The position numbers and the translations under genes were made by a program. A stretch of DNA of 60,350 bases, filler included. It is 4 parts of 4 records of this genome, joined end to end, with 100 filler letters (N's around TTAATTAATTAA, not from the genome) between each part and the next. Parts side by side here need not be neighbours in the genome. Positions count along the whole stretch, not along the records: positions 1 to 21,510 come from SRR31156797_9143; 3 more parts are not named here. One strand, written 5' to 3'. This document shows positions 1-10,872 of the stretch, one piece after another. Positions within the stretch are counted from its first letter, which is position 1; every line of letters starts with the position of its first letter. Below the pieces are notes generated by a model. The model searched no databases. It was not told the DNA's origin and saw nothing but the letters and a program-made list of their open reading frames with translations.

Positions 1-863
1 CCTTTTTGATGGTCTATCCCATGATGGTCACCTTGAAGGTTAAAAAGGTTTTCGAAGGCGGGGACGGCAAGACCCAGTTGCTAACCCAGTTGATCAATTT
101 CGGGATAGTTCCTTTTGTCGCTTTCGGCTTCGGCATGTATTTCTTTGCGGATAGGCCTTATATGGCCCTCGGATTGCTGTTGGCCGGACTGGTCCCGACC
201 AGCGGGATGACCATCTCATGGACCGGATTTGCCAAGGGAAATATGTCCGCAGCAGTTAAGATGACCGTGGTAGGGCTGATCGCCGGGTCTTTGCTGACCC
301 CGGTTTTTGTAAAGATGTTAATGGGGGCTTCCATTGAAATTAACCTGATGGCGGTATTCAAGCAGATCGTATTTATTGTATTCCTACCAATGGTCCTTGG
401 TTTTTTGACCCAGCGTTTTCTGGTTAAAAGGTATGGGCAGGCTGAATTCCAGAAGTTTGTAGGTCCGAAATTCCCGTCTCTTTCCACACTTGGTGTGCTT
501 GGGATTGTGTTTGTGGCTTTGGCATTGAAGGCCAAGACCATTGCCTCAGCACCGGAAGTTTTGCTCAGTATTCTTGTACCGCTGTTGTTTCTTTATCTCT
601 TTAATTTCACCTTAAGCACCTTGATAGGTAAGAATTTTCTGCCGAGAGCAGATGCTATTGCCCTTGTGTACGGTTCGGTTATGCGCAATTTGTCCATTGC
701 GTTGGCAATCGCCATCAATGCTTTCGGCCCGCAGGGATCTGACGCTGCACTCGTTATTGCCGTGGCATATATTATTCAGGTTCAGTCAGCGGCGTGGTAT
801 GTGCGCTTCACGGATAAGATCTTTGGAACTAATCAACCATCCCGGTTTGCCTGTTTGGGTTGA
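1..863 (+). CDS. ACR3/bile acid:sodium symporter (BASS) family membrane transporter, 5'-truncated by the window edge
   Basis: Many TM helices; motifs MVYPMM, LLLAGLVPTSGMTISWTGFAKGN and MRNLSIALAIA are typical of the ACR3/BASS superfamily. The frame is open from the window start. Confidence 0.75.
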   Translation, partial: FLMVYPMMVTLKVKKVFEGGDGKTQLLTQLINFGIVPFVAFGFGMYFFADRPYMALGLLLAGLVPTSGMTISWTGFAKGNMSAAVKMTVVGLIAGSLLTPVFVKMLMGASIEINLMAVFKQIVFIVFLPMVLGFLTQRFLVKRYGQAEFQKFVGPKFPSLSTLGVLGIVFVALALKAKTIASAPEVLLSILVPLLFLYLFNFTLSTLIGKNFLPRADAIALVYGSVMRNLSIALAIAINAFGPQGSDAALVIAVAYIIQVQSAAWYVRFTDKIFGTNQPSRFACLG

Positions 864-953
864 TAGCATTCCAGTTGAATGCACCGTGTATGTGCTAAAA
901 AATAGAAATAAGCTGTGTCTGTTTTGATATGGCTTATTTTTTTAAATTAATGT

Positions 954-982
954 TTGACATTGAAAATCGTTTTCAATATCTT
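954..982 (+). promoter_or_regulatory. sigma70 promoter with a Fur-box-like palindrome in the spacer
   Basis: TTGACA (954-959), 17 nt, TATCTT (977-982). The inverted repeat ATTGAAAA-TCG-TTTTCAAT (959-977) resembles the Desulfovibrio Fur-box pattern. Confidence 0.75.
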
Positions 983-1046
983 CGAATCAACCAAGAGGGA
1001 AAACAAAGTTTTCAAATAAATTTAAAGATATTTTAAGGAGAGTAAT

Positions 1047-1361
1047 ATGTGCAAACTTGGAAAAGCATGGCAGTTGAACAGGGAAGGTATGCAGGCTTGC
1101 AACAAAGGCGATTTCAAAAGGGCGGAAAGTAATTTGAAATCAGCCATTGAGATGTCACAGTGCAAGTCCAAGAAAATTCATCGGGCAACTTTGCACAACA
1201 ATCTTGCCGTTGTTTTGCAGATGTCCGGTAAAGTTGATGAAGCCGTGCACGCATATGAACTCGCTATAGGATTTCTTAATCCTGATCACAAAGGGCAGGC
1301 GGCCTTGATTGAGCGTATTGAGTCTAAAAGGGATGCTCTGAAACAAAAACTCGCCGCATAA
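1047..1361 (+). CDS. small TPR-repeat protein (104 aa)
   Basis: RBS AAGGAG; TPR-like helices (ATLHNNLAVVLQMSGKVDEAVHAYELAI); C-terminus KLAA. Confidence 0.8.
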   Translation: MCKLGKAWQLNREGMQACNKGDFKRAESNLKSAIEMSQCKSKKIHRATLHNNLAVVLQMSGKVDEAVHAYELAIGFLNPDHKGQAALIERIESKRDALKQKLAA

Positions 1362-1390
1362 ATTTCAAACAATATGCATCTCCTCCTTGC

Positions 1391-1430
1391 AAGGGCGGAA
1401 TCCTGTTACGGGGTTTCGCCTTATTTATTA
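1391..1430 (+). terminator. probable intrinsic terminator
   Basis: Hairpin GGCGGAATCCTG-tta-CGGGGTTTCGCC followed by an AT/T-rich tail. Confidence 0.6.
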
Positions 1431-1666
1431 ATGATACGTGTAAGAGGGCATTTGATGAGAATTTCGGGATAAAAATTGGATTTATCCTCATTATTTGCGA
1501 ATCAACTCCTTTCAGGGGGTTGACTTTGTGGAGAAACTGCCTAAATAATCCCAGTTCTTTTGTTGGAATAATGTGAAAGACTTCACTTTGACCGACTCAA
1601 GCCAAAGTACACAACTGCCGTAGCGGTTTGCGCATGGCGGATATATTTTCTAGGAGGATGCCTAAG

Positions 1667-2974
1667 ATGGATTTTAATATTGAAGAAGTTTCAGCGGTAG
1701 AAAGAGAGATTAACGTTTCTGTACCTGCTGAGGAAGTTGGTGCAGCTCTGGATGCAACCGTTGCCCTGTACAAGGTACAGACCCCGGTTAAAGGTTTCAG
1801 AAAGGGTAAAGTTCCTGCTTCTGTTATCCAGTCCAAGTACAAAAAACAGATCATCAGCGAAGCTACCACTGACCTGATCAACTACCAGATCAACGATATC
1901 CTCAACGGCCAGTCCTTTGTTCCCGTTTCCAAAATTGACGTTGACGCTAAGGAACTGGTTCGCGGTGAAGATTTTAGCTACGTAATTAAGTTCGAAATCG
2001 TTCCCGAATTTGACACTCCCGGCTACCTCGGTCTTCCTGTTGAAGAAGAGCGTGCTGAAGTTTCCGAAGAAGAACTCAAGGACGTTGAAACCAGACTGCT
2101 CCAGTCTATGGCGAAAATCGCTCCTATTGAGGAAGATCGTCCCGCTAAGGACGGCGAACTCGCTTCTGTAACCTTCTCCGCTGAGATGGATGGCGAGCCT
2201 ATCCCCGGTGTACAGGCTGACAACTTTGACCTGCCCATCGGTGAAGGGCACTCTCTCGAAGAGTTCGAAGAATTCGTTAAGACCCTGAAGTCTGGTGAGT
2301 CCGGTGAAACCGACATCACTTTCCCCGAAGATTTCATCAACTCCGATCTCGCAGGCAAGACTGCAACCATGAAGGTTACTGTTCACGCTGTTAAAGAACG
2401 CAAAATGCCTGAGCTTACCGACGATGTTGTTAAGCAGGCCGGCGGTTTCGAATCCGTTGAAAAAATGCGTGAGATCGTTGAGCAGTCTTACTCTGCAAAC
2501 CGCAAACAGCTCAACAAGTCTGCAGCTCAGACCAAGCTGATCAGCGGCATCGTTAAAGAGCTCGACTTCCCGCTGCCTCCTTCTCTTATGGAAGACCGTC
2601 TGCAGCGCATGGTTGCTGATGTTATCGGCCGCGCAGAGCGTTCCGGTAAGAGCTTTGAGTCTCTCGGCAAATCCATGGAAGAACTTCAGGAAGAACAGCG
2701 TCCCGTGGCAGAAGAGTCCGTACGTACTGAAATCTTCCTGCTCAACGTTGCAAAGCGCGAAGAGCTTACTGTAGAACCTCAGGAAGTTGAAGGCGCTCTT
2801 TACCAGATCGCACAGCAGACTCAGCAGGATCTTAGCTCTGTTAAGTCCTACTACGAAGAGAACAACCTTATTGTTCCTCTCAAGGACCGCCTCCTCGCTG
2901 ACAAGGCTGCCGAGTTCATCTACGAAAACGCTGACGTTACTGAAATCGATCCTGTTAAGAAGGACGAAGAGTAA
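1667..2974 (+). CDS. tig: trigger factor
   Basis: GFRKGKVP ribosome-binding signature and FKBP domain. AGGAGG RBS precedes ATG 1667, so the ORF-track start at 1628 is probably too early. Lies upstream of clpP. Confidence 0.97.
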   Translation: MDFNIEEVSAVEREINVSVPAEEVGAALDATVALYKVQTPVKGFRKGKVPASVIQSKYKKQIISEATTDLINYQINDILNGQSFVPVSKIDVDAKELVRGEDFSYVIKFEIVPEFDTPGYLGLPVEEERAEVSEEELKDVETRLLQSMAKIAPIEEDRPAKDGELASVTFSAEMDGEPIPGVQADNFDLPIGEGHSLEEFEEFVKTLKSGESGETDITFPEDFINSDLAGKTATMKVTVHAVKERKMPELTDDVVKQAGGFESVEKMREIVEQSYSANRKQLNKSAAQTKLISGIVKELDFPLPPSLMEDRLQRMVADVIGRAERSGKSFESLGKSMEELQEEQRPVAEESVRTEIFLLNVAKREELTVEPQEVEGALYQIAQQTQQDLSSVKSYYEENNLIVPLKDRLLADKAAEFIYENADVTEIDPVKKDEE

Positions 2975-2999
2975 TCTCGACCGTTTAAATAGACATGTT

Positions 3000-3042
3000 A
3001 GGCGGCGTGGTTATCTTACCGCGCCGCCTTTTGATTTTTTTT
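3000..3042 (+). terminator. intrinsic terminator after tig
   Basis: AGGCGGCGTGG...CCGCGCCGCCT hairpin followed by T tracts. Confidence 0.8.
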
Positions 3043-3229
3043 GAAAACGGGTTGTTAATAATTCTATATGCGGTTAACACGTTGTAGAGTTTGACCCGCC
3101 GGATTTGTGCTTGTACACAAGCATTCAAATGATTAGGATGAACTGTTAAGTGATTATCCGTTCCGGATCGGGCGGTTTTTTCATTAATTTCAATTCCCTT
3201 TTATAAATAAATATTTCCGGGAGATATAG

Positions 3230-3838
3230 ATGTCTGGAACCATACCTATTGTTGTTGAAACTACCGGGCGCACAGAACGCGCTTACGATATTTATTCCCG
3301 TCTTCTCAAGGATAGAATCATCCTGCTCAGCGGCGAAGTTAATGACCATGTTGCCAGTGTAATCTGCGCACAGCTTCTTTTTCTCGAGTCTGAAGACCCT
3401 GATAAAGAAATCTATATGTATATCAACTCCCCCGGCGGTGTAGTTACTGCCGGCATGGCTATTTACGATACAATGCAGTACATCTCTGCTCCGGTGGCAA
3501 CCCTTTGCATGGGGCAGGCTGCAAGTATGGGTGCTTTCCTGCTTAGTGCAGGCGAGAGAGGGCAGCGTTATTCCCTGCCGCACAGCCGTATCCTCATTCA
3601 CCAGCCTCTTGGCGGTGCGCAGGGGCAGGCTACTGACATTGATATTCAGGCCCGTGAAATTTTAAGACTTAGAAAGTCCCTCAACTCTATCATGGCCGAG
3701 AATACCGGCAGGACTGTAGAAGAGATTGAGAAGGATACGGATCGCGATAACTTCATGTCCGCTGAAGAAGCTGTTGAATACGGCCTCATCGACAAGGTTC
3801 TGGAGAATCGCGGAAATATTGAATCCAAGGAAGGTTAA
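3230..3838 (+). CDS. clpP: ATP-dependent Clp protease proteolytic subunit
   Basis: [31 protein letters not shown] (catalytic Ser) and IHQPLGG motifs. Confidence 0.99.
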   Translation: MSGTIPIVVETTGRTERAYDIYSRLLKDRIILLSGEVNDHVASVICAQLLFLESEDPDKEIYMYINSPGGVVTAGMAIYDTMQYISAPVATLCMGQAASMGAFLLSAGERGQRYSLPHSRILIHQPLGGAQGQATDIDIQAREILRLRKSLNSIMAENTGRTVEEIEKDTDRDNFMSAEEAVEYGLIDKVLENRGNIESKEG

Positions 3839-3844
3839 TTCCTG

Positions 3845-5098
3845 ATGAGTAATGAAAGCCAAGGTTCAGGACAGGACCTTCATTGCTCCTTTTGCTCCAA
3901 GTCTCAGGATGAGGTGCAGCGGCTGATCGCCGGACCTGATGTGTACATCTGCGACGAGTGTGTCCAGCTTTGTAACGACATCATGGCTCAGGAAGCGGTC
4001 GGTGAGGAGTTCGATGCAGGTAAGCTCCTGTCTCCACAGGAAATTAAAGAACTGCTTGATGAATATGTAATCGGTCAGGAACATCCCAAGAAGATTCTGG
4101 CTGTAGCTGTTCACAATCATTATAAACGTGTGTACTACACCCAGTCCAGCGGCTCTGATGATATTGAAATCGATAAGAGCAACATTTTGCTGATCGGGCC
4201 TACCGGTTCCGGTAAAACTTTGCTGGCACAGACTTTGGCAAGAGTACTTAAAGTTCCCTTTGCCATTGCGGATGCCACCACATTAACCGAAGCCGGTTAC
4301 GTGGGTGAGGATGTGGAAAACATTCTCGTGCAGCTTTTGCAGAACGCTGACTATGACATTGATGCTGCATCCCGCGGAATCATTTACATTGATGAGATCG
4401 ACAAAATCTCCCGCAAGGGTGACAGTCCTTCCATTACCCGTGATGTTTCCGGTGAAGGTGTGCAGCAGGCTCTGCTCAAGATCATTGAAGGAACCGAAGC
4501 CAACATTCCTCCCAAGGGCGGTCGTAAGCATCCCCAGCAGGAGTTTATCAGGCTCGACACCTCCAATATCCTGTTCATCCTAGGTGGTGCATTCATCGGT
4601 CTGGATACCATTGTGCAGCAGCGCATGTCCGGTTCCGGTATCGGTTTTGGTGCCAAGGTAGAGCAGAAGTCCGATAAGGGTATTAGTGAGCTTTTTTCCA
4701 AGGCAGAACCTGCGGACCTGGTTAAATTCGGTCTTATTCCCGAATTTGTCGGCCGTATTCCGGTACAGACAGCCCTTTCCGAGCTGAGCGAGGAAGATCT
4801 TGTACGTATCCTTCAGGAGCCTAAGAATGCGCTGGTCAAGCAGTATAAAAAAATGTTTGAACTCGACGGCGTGCGCCTGACTTTTACTGCCAACGCTATG
4901 AAGGCCATTGCGGCTAAAGCTGTTGAGCGTAAAACCGGTGCCCGTGGTCTGCGCAATGTGCTTGAATCCATCATGCTTGATATCATGTACAAGCTTCCTT
5001 CTATGAGTGGAGTTAAAGAGTGCGTGATCAATAAAAGCGTTGTTGAAAATGGAATGGAACCCATTTTGTTTTTCCACAATGAAGTGAAAAGCGCATAG
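3845..5098 (+). CDS. clpX: Clp protease ATP-binding subunit ClpX
   Basis: N-terminal C4 zinc finger (CSFC...CDEC), Walker [12 protein letters not shown] and GYVG pore loops. Confidence 0.99.
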   Translation: MSNESQGSGQDLHCSFCSKSQDEVQRLIAGPDVYICDECVQLCNDIMAQEAVGEEFDAGKLLSPQEIKELLDEYVIGQEHPKKILAVAVHNHYKRVYYTQSSGSDDIEIDKSNILLIGPTGSGKTLLAQTLARVLKVPFAIADATTLTEAGYVGEDVENILVQLLQNADYDIDAASRGIIYIDEIDKISRKGDSPSITRDVSGEGVQQALLKIIEGTEANIPPKGGRKHPQQEFIRLDTSNILFILGGAFIGLDTIVQQRMSGSGIGFGAKVEQKSDKGISELFSKAEPADLVKFGLIPEFVGRIPVQTALSELSEEDLVRILQEPKNALVKQYKKMFELDGVRLTFTANAMKAIAAKAVERKTGARGLRNVLESIMLDIMYKLPSMSGVKECVINKSVVENGMEPILFFHNEVKSA

Positions 5099-5122
5099 CT
5101 GAAATTTAATTTAGCTTTTGTG

Positions 5123-5158
5123 AAGCCCCCGATTCTGTCAGGATCGGGGGCTTTTCTT
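5123..5158 (+). terminator. intrinsic terminator after clpX
   Basis: AAGCCCCCGATTCTG-t-CAGGATCGGGGGCTT hairpin plus T tail. Confidence 0.85.
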
Positions 5159-5285
5159 ATGCAGTTTTTTCCGAAATTTTATTTTGAGAAAGAATGATTT
5201 TTAATTATATGGGATTGGCTTTATCCGAGTAATGACGTATGAAAAATTTTAATCTAATTTTTATATTTCTCAGGTCGGCCAGCAC

Positions 5286-7985
5286 ATGAAGAAGATTATA
5301 TTAATTGTCGCCTTAGCTTTTTGGGTGATTCTCTCTTTTTGCCCTGTTGTTTCAGCTGCAAAACCTCATGTTTTGCTTATTAGTTCTTATCATCCCGGTT
5401 TTCCGACCTTTTTTAAGCAGATTGACGGTCTCAAGTCAGTGCTTGCTCCGGCAGGAGTTTATCTTGATGTTGAATTCATGGATTCCAAGCGGTTCATGAG
5501 CAAAAGAAATCTTTCCGCTTTCCGCAGTATGCTGAAGATGAAGCTTGCTTCTTTGGAGAAGTATAACGTTGTCGTTACTTCTGATGATAATGCCTTGAAT
5601 TTCATTCTAAAAAATAAAAATAATCTTTTTCCGGATACCCCGATTGTTTTCTGCGGGGTTAATAATCAAGATTTAGCCCGTTCCATGGATAGTAACGAGA
5701 GTATTACCGGCGTTATCGAGGCAGTTTCCATGCGCGATAATCTCCAGACAATCGTTGACTTTATACCGGGCGTTAAGACCGTTTACCTGATTGTTGACGC
5801 TACTCTCAGTGGGCAGGCCGATTTACAGTTAGTGAACAGTTTAAGTAAGGACTTTCCCGGTGTTAAACTTGTTGAGATTCCTTTAAACAGAATGAGCTGG
5901 GCGGAGATGAAAGAAGTGCTTGGCAGACTTCCTGTTGACAGTGCTATCCTTCTGCTTGCGGCTTATCGGGATAAGGGTGGAGTTGCAAAACCCTTTGAGG
6001 AAGGGTTGCAGGAAATTATTTCAACTAGCAGTCGTCCGGTTTTTCATATTTATGAGCATGGTATCGGGAACGGGCTTATTGGTGGAAAGGTTATTTCCCA
6101 TTATGAACAGGGCGTTATCGCAGGGCGTATTGCTCTTGATATTTTAACGGGTAAATCGGTCAAAGACATTCCTGTTGTGGAAGGAGGGGATGCCAATAAG
6201 TATATTTTTGACCGTATTGTTCTTGATCGTTTTAGAGTTAAAGATTCCAAATTGCCAGCCGATTCTCTCATCTTGAATGAGACTGAGTCGGTATGGAGAG
6301 TTCATAAAATTGAAATTCTTGCGGGGCTTTTTATTATTGCAGTGCTGCTAGTTTTTTCCATTGCTCTATCCATAGCCTATATGAAGCTACGTAATGCTCA
6401 AGAACAGGTCCGGCAAAGCAGAGAGCGCTTTGCGCTTGCTATGGCTGCCAATAAGGACGGAGTTTGGGATTGGAATATTAAAACAGACGATGTGTATTAT
6501 AGCCCCGGATACAAAGCTATGCTCGGATATGGTGAAAATGAACTGCCTTCACATGTTGATTCATGGGTCGACCTTATTCATGTAGATGATCGTGCTCGTG
6601 CTTTCGGTGTAAATAGTAAGTGTATCAATAATGAAATAGAGAATTTTGAAGTCGAATTTCGTATGCAGGCTAAGGACGGTAATTGGCTGTGGATTCTCGG
6701 ACGTGGCAATGCCGTGGAAAGGGATGATTCCGGAAAGGCTATTCGGATGATCGGTACCCATACTGATATCACTGAATTAAAAAGTTCCCTTGAGGAAATC
6801 AGATATCTTCGTAATCAACTAAAGAGCATTATCGACTCCATGCCTTATATTCTAGTCGGCCTGAACAGTGAAGGGCGGGTCACCCGCTGGAACAGGAAGG
6901 CTTCGGAAGTGGCCGGAGTCAGCGATGAGCAGGCTGTGGGAAGGTTAGTTGAAGAGGTTTTTCCCCGGCTTTCGCCTTACATGGAACAGGTCAGAGAGTC
7001 TCAGCGCAGTCAAAGGGGTTGGACTAATCCAAGAGTTTCACGCAAGCAAAATGGAGATGTCTTTTATGATGATATTATGATCTATCCCCTTTCGGCTGGA
7101 GAGCAGGATGGTGTTGTTGTTCAGATAGAAGATGTTACAGAGCGGGTCAGACTTGAAGATATGTTGGTCCAGAATGAGAAAATGCTTTCCGTTGGAGGAC
7201 TTGCAGCAGGTATGGCCCATGAGATTAACAATCCGCTTGGGGTTATTGCTCAGGGCGCTCAGAATATTACCAGACGTGTATTGGGTGATCTTCCAGGAAA
7301 TAAGAAGAGTGCTGAAAGCAGAAATCTCAATCTTGATGATTTGCATGGCTATATGCATGACCGGGATATTCCGAAGATCATTAATGGTATATCTGCCTCC
7401 GTGGAGCGGGCCGGTAAAATAGTCAGGAATATGCTTAGCTTCAGCCGCAAGAACCAAGATAATTTCAAAAAGCATGATTTGTCAGAACTTTTAAATAATA
7501 CAATTGAACTTGCTGACAATGAATATAACCTTTCGACTAAATACGATTTTAAGAAGATTGAAATTGTGCGTGAATATGAAGAAGGTGTTTCCACTGTCTT
7601 TTGCGAAGGTAGTGAGATTCAGCAGGTCTTCTTGAATATTTTGAAAAATAGTGCTCAGTCCATGACTTCGAAGAATTATGAAAATGGCGGTCCCAGATTT
7701 ATACTTCGGGCATATGAGAAAAAAGGCTGTGTTAATATTGAAATTGAAGATAACGGGCAGGGTATAGATGAGAATGTTCGCAAACGTATCTTTGAACCTT
7801 TTTATACTACCAAGAAAGTCGGCGAGGGAACCGGGCTTGGTCTGGCTATATCATATTTCATTATAGCTGATCTGCATAAAGGGAATATGGGAGTTTATTC
7901 TTCACCTGGTAATTGGACAAAGTTTGTTATTTCTTTGCCGATTAAGCAGACTGCTGCCGACAGTCGGTCTGAAGCCGTTTGCTAA
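5286..7985 (+). CDS. sensor histidine kinase (periplasmic ABC-substrate-binding-like domain, TM, PAS x2, HisKA, HATPase)
   Basis: N-terminal hydrophobic segment, PIVFCGVN/GVIE periplasmic motifs, TM helix, PAS (DGVWDWN...WILGRG), H-box MAHEINNPL, G-box GTGLGL. Confidence 0.92.
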   Translation: MKKIILIVALAFWVILSFCPVVSAAKPHVLLISSYHPGFPTFFKQIDGLKSVLAPAGVYLDVEFMDSKRFMSKRNLSAFRSMLKMKLASLEKYNVVVTSDDNALNFILKNKNNLFPDTPIVFCGVNNQDLARSMDSNESITGVIEAVSMRDNLQTIVDFIPGVKTVYLIVDATLSGQADLQLVNSLSKDFPGVKLVEIPLNRMSWAEMKEVLGRLPVDSAILLLAAYRDKGGVAKPFEEGLQEIISTSSRPVFHIYEHGIGNGLIGGKVISHYEQGVIAGRIALDILTGKSVKDIPVVEGGDANKYIFDRIVLDRFRVKDSKLPADSLILNETESVWRVHKIEILAGLFIIAVLLVFSIALSIAYMKLRNAQEQVRQSRERFALAMAANKDGVWDWNIKTDDVYYSPGYKAMLGYGENELPSHVDSWVDLIHVDDRARAFGVNSKCINNEIENFEVEFRMQAKDGNWLWILGRGNAVERDDSGKAIRMIGTHTDITELKSSLEEIRYLRNQLKSIIDSMPYILVGLNSEGRVTRWNRKASEVAGVSDEQAVGRLVEEVFPRLSPYMEQVRESQRSQRGWTNPRVSRKQNGDVFYDDIMIYPLSAGEQDGVVVQIEDVTERVRLEDMLVQNEKMLSVGGLAAGMAHEINNPLGVIAQGAQNITRRVLGDLPGNKKSAESRNLNLDDLHGYMHDRDIPKIINGISASVERAGKIVRNMLSFSRKNQDNFKKHDLSELLNNTIELADNEYNLSTKYDFKKIEIVREYEEGVSTVFCEGSEIQQVFLNILKNSAQSMTSKNYENGGPRFILRAYEKKGCVNIEIEDNGQGIDENVRKRIFEPFYTTKKVGEGTGLGLAISYFIIADLHKGNMGVYSSPGNWTKFVISLPIKQTAADSRSEAVC

Positions 7986-8301
7986 ATTGGTATTTCCGGA
8001 TCTCTTTGGGTAATCAATTTTAATTTTTCTCCGATACGTATTGTTGTCATCGCCAGCTATTTATTTTTATGTATAATGTAATTAATAACAGTTTGTGGTT
8101 TGACAAAACGCAGGCAGGTATTATTTCATGTTTCTGTATGGTTATAAGTTTTATTTTTTGAAAATTAATCATCGCGGTTATTTGTTTAACTGACGTTCCA
8201 AAATAACTTTTTTACCTGATTAGGTGTCCATCCTGTGAACGGACGTAATGTTTGTTCTCGTTTGGTTTAAAGACGTTTCCGGGTTAAAAGCAGGAGGATA
8301 A

Positions 8302-10755
8302 ATGTCGTCCACAGATTTTGAAGGTGGCAATACATCCGCTGAACAAAATATTCTTCCGATGATGTCACTGCGGGAAGTTGTAATGTTCCCGCGTTCCATT
8401 GTGCCTCTTTTTGTTGGCCGGGAGTCTTCAATTAAAGCGATTGAAGAAGCTATTTCCGATTATGATAAAAAGATTTTTCTGGTTACTCAGGAGTTTCCCG
8501 AGAAAGAAAAGCCCGAACCGGAAGATCTTTTCCGGATAGGGACTGTCAGTAAGATTCTGCAGATGCTCAGGCTTCCCGACGGCACTATCAAGGTACTTTT
8601 CGAAGGAATGTATCGTGCTAGCTGGAATCCTGACTCTGACGATGTTGTTTTCGGCGAGAATTTTCCGCTGGTTAATATTGACCGTGTTGATGATCTTCCG
8701 GCTGAAGAGCATACAACCGAGGCTCTGGTTCGTTCTGTTCACGAAGCCCTTGAAAAATTTGGTAAAGTGAACAAGAAAATCGCTCCTGAGACCATTTTGG
8801 CTATTTCAACCATCAGGGTTGCCGGGAAGTTGGCTGACTCCATTATGCCTCATCTTAAGGTGGAGTTCCTCAAGAAGCAGAATATTCTTGAGATGGTCGA
8901 TCCCATTGAGAGGCTGGAAGCGGTTTATGAGCTCCTGCTCGGTGAAATTGAAATCGTGTCTATTGAAAAACGGGTCAAGAACCGTGTCAAAGGACAGATG
9001 GAAAAGAATCAGCGCGAATATTACCTCAACGAGCAGCTTAAGGCTATTAATAAGGAAATGGGCCGTGAGGATGATCCTCAGGCAGAAGCCCATGAACTTG
9101 AAGAGCAGCTTGATGAAAAGAACATGGAAGAAGAGTCCAGAGAGCGGGTGCGCAAGGAAATCAAGAAGCTGCGCCAGATGGCTCCTTCCTCTGCTGAGTA
9201 TACTGTTGTCCGCAACTACGTGGACTGGGTTATGGAGCTTCCATGGAATAAATATAAAAAGACCAAACTCGATATAGCTGAATCTCGTAAGATTCTGGAT
9301 GAAGACCACTATGGTCTTGAAAAGCCCAAAGAGCGCATTCTTGAGTACATGGCTGTGCAGTCTCTGGTGGATACCATCAAAGGTCCCATCCTTTGTTTTG
9401 CAGGCCCTCCCGGTGTAGGTAAAACATCCATTGCCCGCTCCATTGCCCGGGCCATGGGGCGTGAATTCGTTCGTCTCTCCCTTGGTGGAGTGCGTGATGA
9501 AGCTGAAATACGCGGTCACCGTCGTACTTACGTTGGTGCGCTTCCGGGTAAGATTATCCAGTCCATCAGACGTTGTGAATACAGTAACCCGGTTATCTGT
9601 CTTGATGAAGTGGATAAGATGAGTACTGATTTCAGGGGAGACCCGTCCGCGGCACTCCTTGAGGTTCTTGATCCGGAGCAGAACGGAACATTCAATGATC
9701 ACTATCTTGATCTTGATTACGATCTCTCCAAAGTCTTTTTCATCACTACCGCGAACGATCTGCATTCCATTCCGCTGCCTCTGCAGGACAGGATGGAGAT
9801 CATCAATCTTCCCGGTTATCTTGAAACCGAGAAGATGCATATTGCCAAGGACTTCCTGCTGCCCAAGCAGATAGAGGAGCATGGTCTCAAGAAAGATAAC
9901 CTTGCCATTTCTGATAACGCTATGATCGATATCATCCGAACTTACACCCGTGAGGCCGGAGTACGTAACCTTGAGCGTGAACTTGCCAAGGTCTGCCGCA
10001 AGACGGCTATGCAGATTGTGGAATCCGAGGATAAGAGCAAGAGTGTCCATGTGACCACCGCTAATTTGAATAAGATTATTGGAGTCCATAAATTCCGTTT
10101 TGGAGCCAGTGAAGATAAATCTCTGGTCGGTGTTGCCACAGGTCTTGCCTATACTCAGGTGGGCGGTGAAATGCTCATGGTGGAAGTAGTGCTTATGCCT
10201 GGTAAGGGCAAAGTGGTCATCACCGGTAAGCTCGGCGAGGTCATGCAGGAATCAGCGCAGGCCGCACTTTCATATATTCGGTCACGTTCTGATTTGTTCG
10301 GGCTGAAGCCGCACTTCCATGAGAAGATTGATATCCATGTACATGTTCCTGAAGGTGCTACTCCCAAGGATGGCCCCTCAGCCGGGATTACTCTGTGTAC
10401 TGCCATTGCCTCTGCGTTCCTGAATGTTCCGGTACGTCACGATTTGGCCATGACCGGTGAAATTACCCTGCGTGGTCGTGTCCTGCCCATCGGCGGTTTG
10501 AGAGAGAAGTTGTTGGCTGCCCATAGGGGGCTTTCCAAGACTGTGCTTATCCCCATTGATAACAAGAAGGATCTTAAAGATGTGCCTGATGCAATCCTTA
10601 AGGACCTTGAAATTATTCCGGTGGAGAATATGGACGAAGTGCTTAGTTGTGCTTTGGATAATCTTTCTGCTGAAGAGTTGTTCCGCGGGCGTGACAGTGC
10701 TACGCCTATCGCGCTTAACTTGATCAAGGAAGAGTATCAGGCTCAGCCGCATTAA
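8302..10755 (+). CDS. lon: Lon protease (endopeptidase La)
   Basis: LON N-domain, GPPGVGKT Walker A, PKDGPSAG catalytic Ser motif, GGLREK Lys; RBS AGGAGG. Confidence 0.99.
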   Translation: MSSTDFEGGNTSAEQNILPMMSLREVVMFPRSIVPLFVGRESSIKAIEEAISDYDKKIFLVTQEFPEKEKPEPEDLFRIGTVSKILQMLRLPDGTIKVLFEGMYRASWNPDSDDVVFGENFPLVNIDRVDDLPAEEHTTEALVRSVHEALEKFGKVNKKIAPETILAISTIRVAGKLADSIMPHLKVEFLKKQNILEMVDPIERLEAVYELLLGEIEIVSIEKRVKNRVKGQMEKNQREYYLNEQLKAINKEMGREDDPQAEAHELEEQLDEKNMEEESRERVRKEIKKLRQMAPSSAEYTVVRNYVDWVMELPWNKYKKTKLDIAESRKILDEDHYGLEKPKERILEYMAVQSLVDTIKGPILCFAGPPGVGKTSIARSIARAMGREFVRLSLGGVRDEAEIRGHRRTYVGALPGKIIQSIRRCEYSNPVICLDEVDKMSTDFRGDPSAALLEVLDPEQNGTFNDHYLDLDYDLSKVFFITTANDLHSIPLPLQDRMEIINLPGYLETEKMHIAKDFLLPKQIEEHGLKKDNLAISDNAMIDIIRTYTREAGVRNLERELAKVCRKTAMQIVESEDKSKSVHVTTANLNKIIGVHKFRFGASEDKSLVGVATGLAYTQVGGEMLMVEVVLMPGKGKVVITGKLGEVMQESAQAALSYIRSRSDLFGLKPHFHEKIDIHVHVPEGATPKDGPSAGITLCTAIASAFLNVPVRHDLAMTGEITLRGRVLPIGGLREKLLAAHRGLSKTVLIPIDNKKDLKDVPDAILKDLEIIPVENMDEVLSCALDNLSAEELFRGRDSATPIALNLIKEEYQAQPH

Positions 10756-10779
10756 GATTCATATACAAATTGATTTTGC

Positions 10780-10814
10780 AAAAGGATGTCCCTTCCGGGG
10801 CATCCTTTTTTTTT
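10780..10814 (+). terminator. intrinsic terminator after lon
   Basis: AAAAGGATGTCCC-ttcc-GGGGCATCCTTTT hairpin with a long T run. Confidence 0.9.
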
Positions 10815-10872
10815 GTTCGAGCTTGAATGGGAGATGGTTCCATGTATGTAGTTTTTCGTGTTATGATTAAGT

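Noticed and set aside
861..866. TGA ending the transporter after ...FACLG as possible Sec
   Set aside because: Immediately followed by TAG; no SECIS or conserved continuation.
8806..10089. Long antisense ORFs (e.g. 427 aa opposite lon, 453 aa opposite hysA, 312 aa opposite phoA, 389 aa opposite the HDOD kinase)
   Set aside because: Fully shadow well-supported genes and have no recognisable motifs; expected from codon bias.
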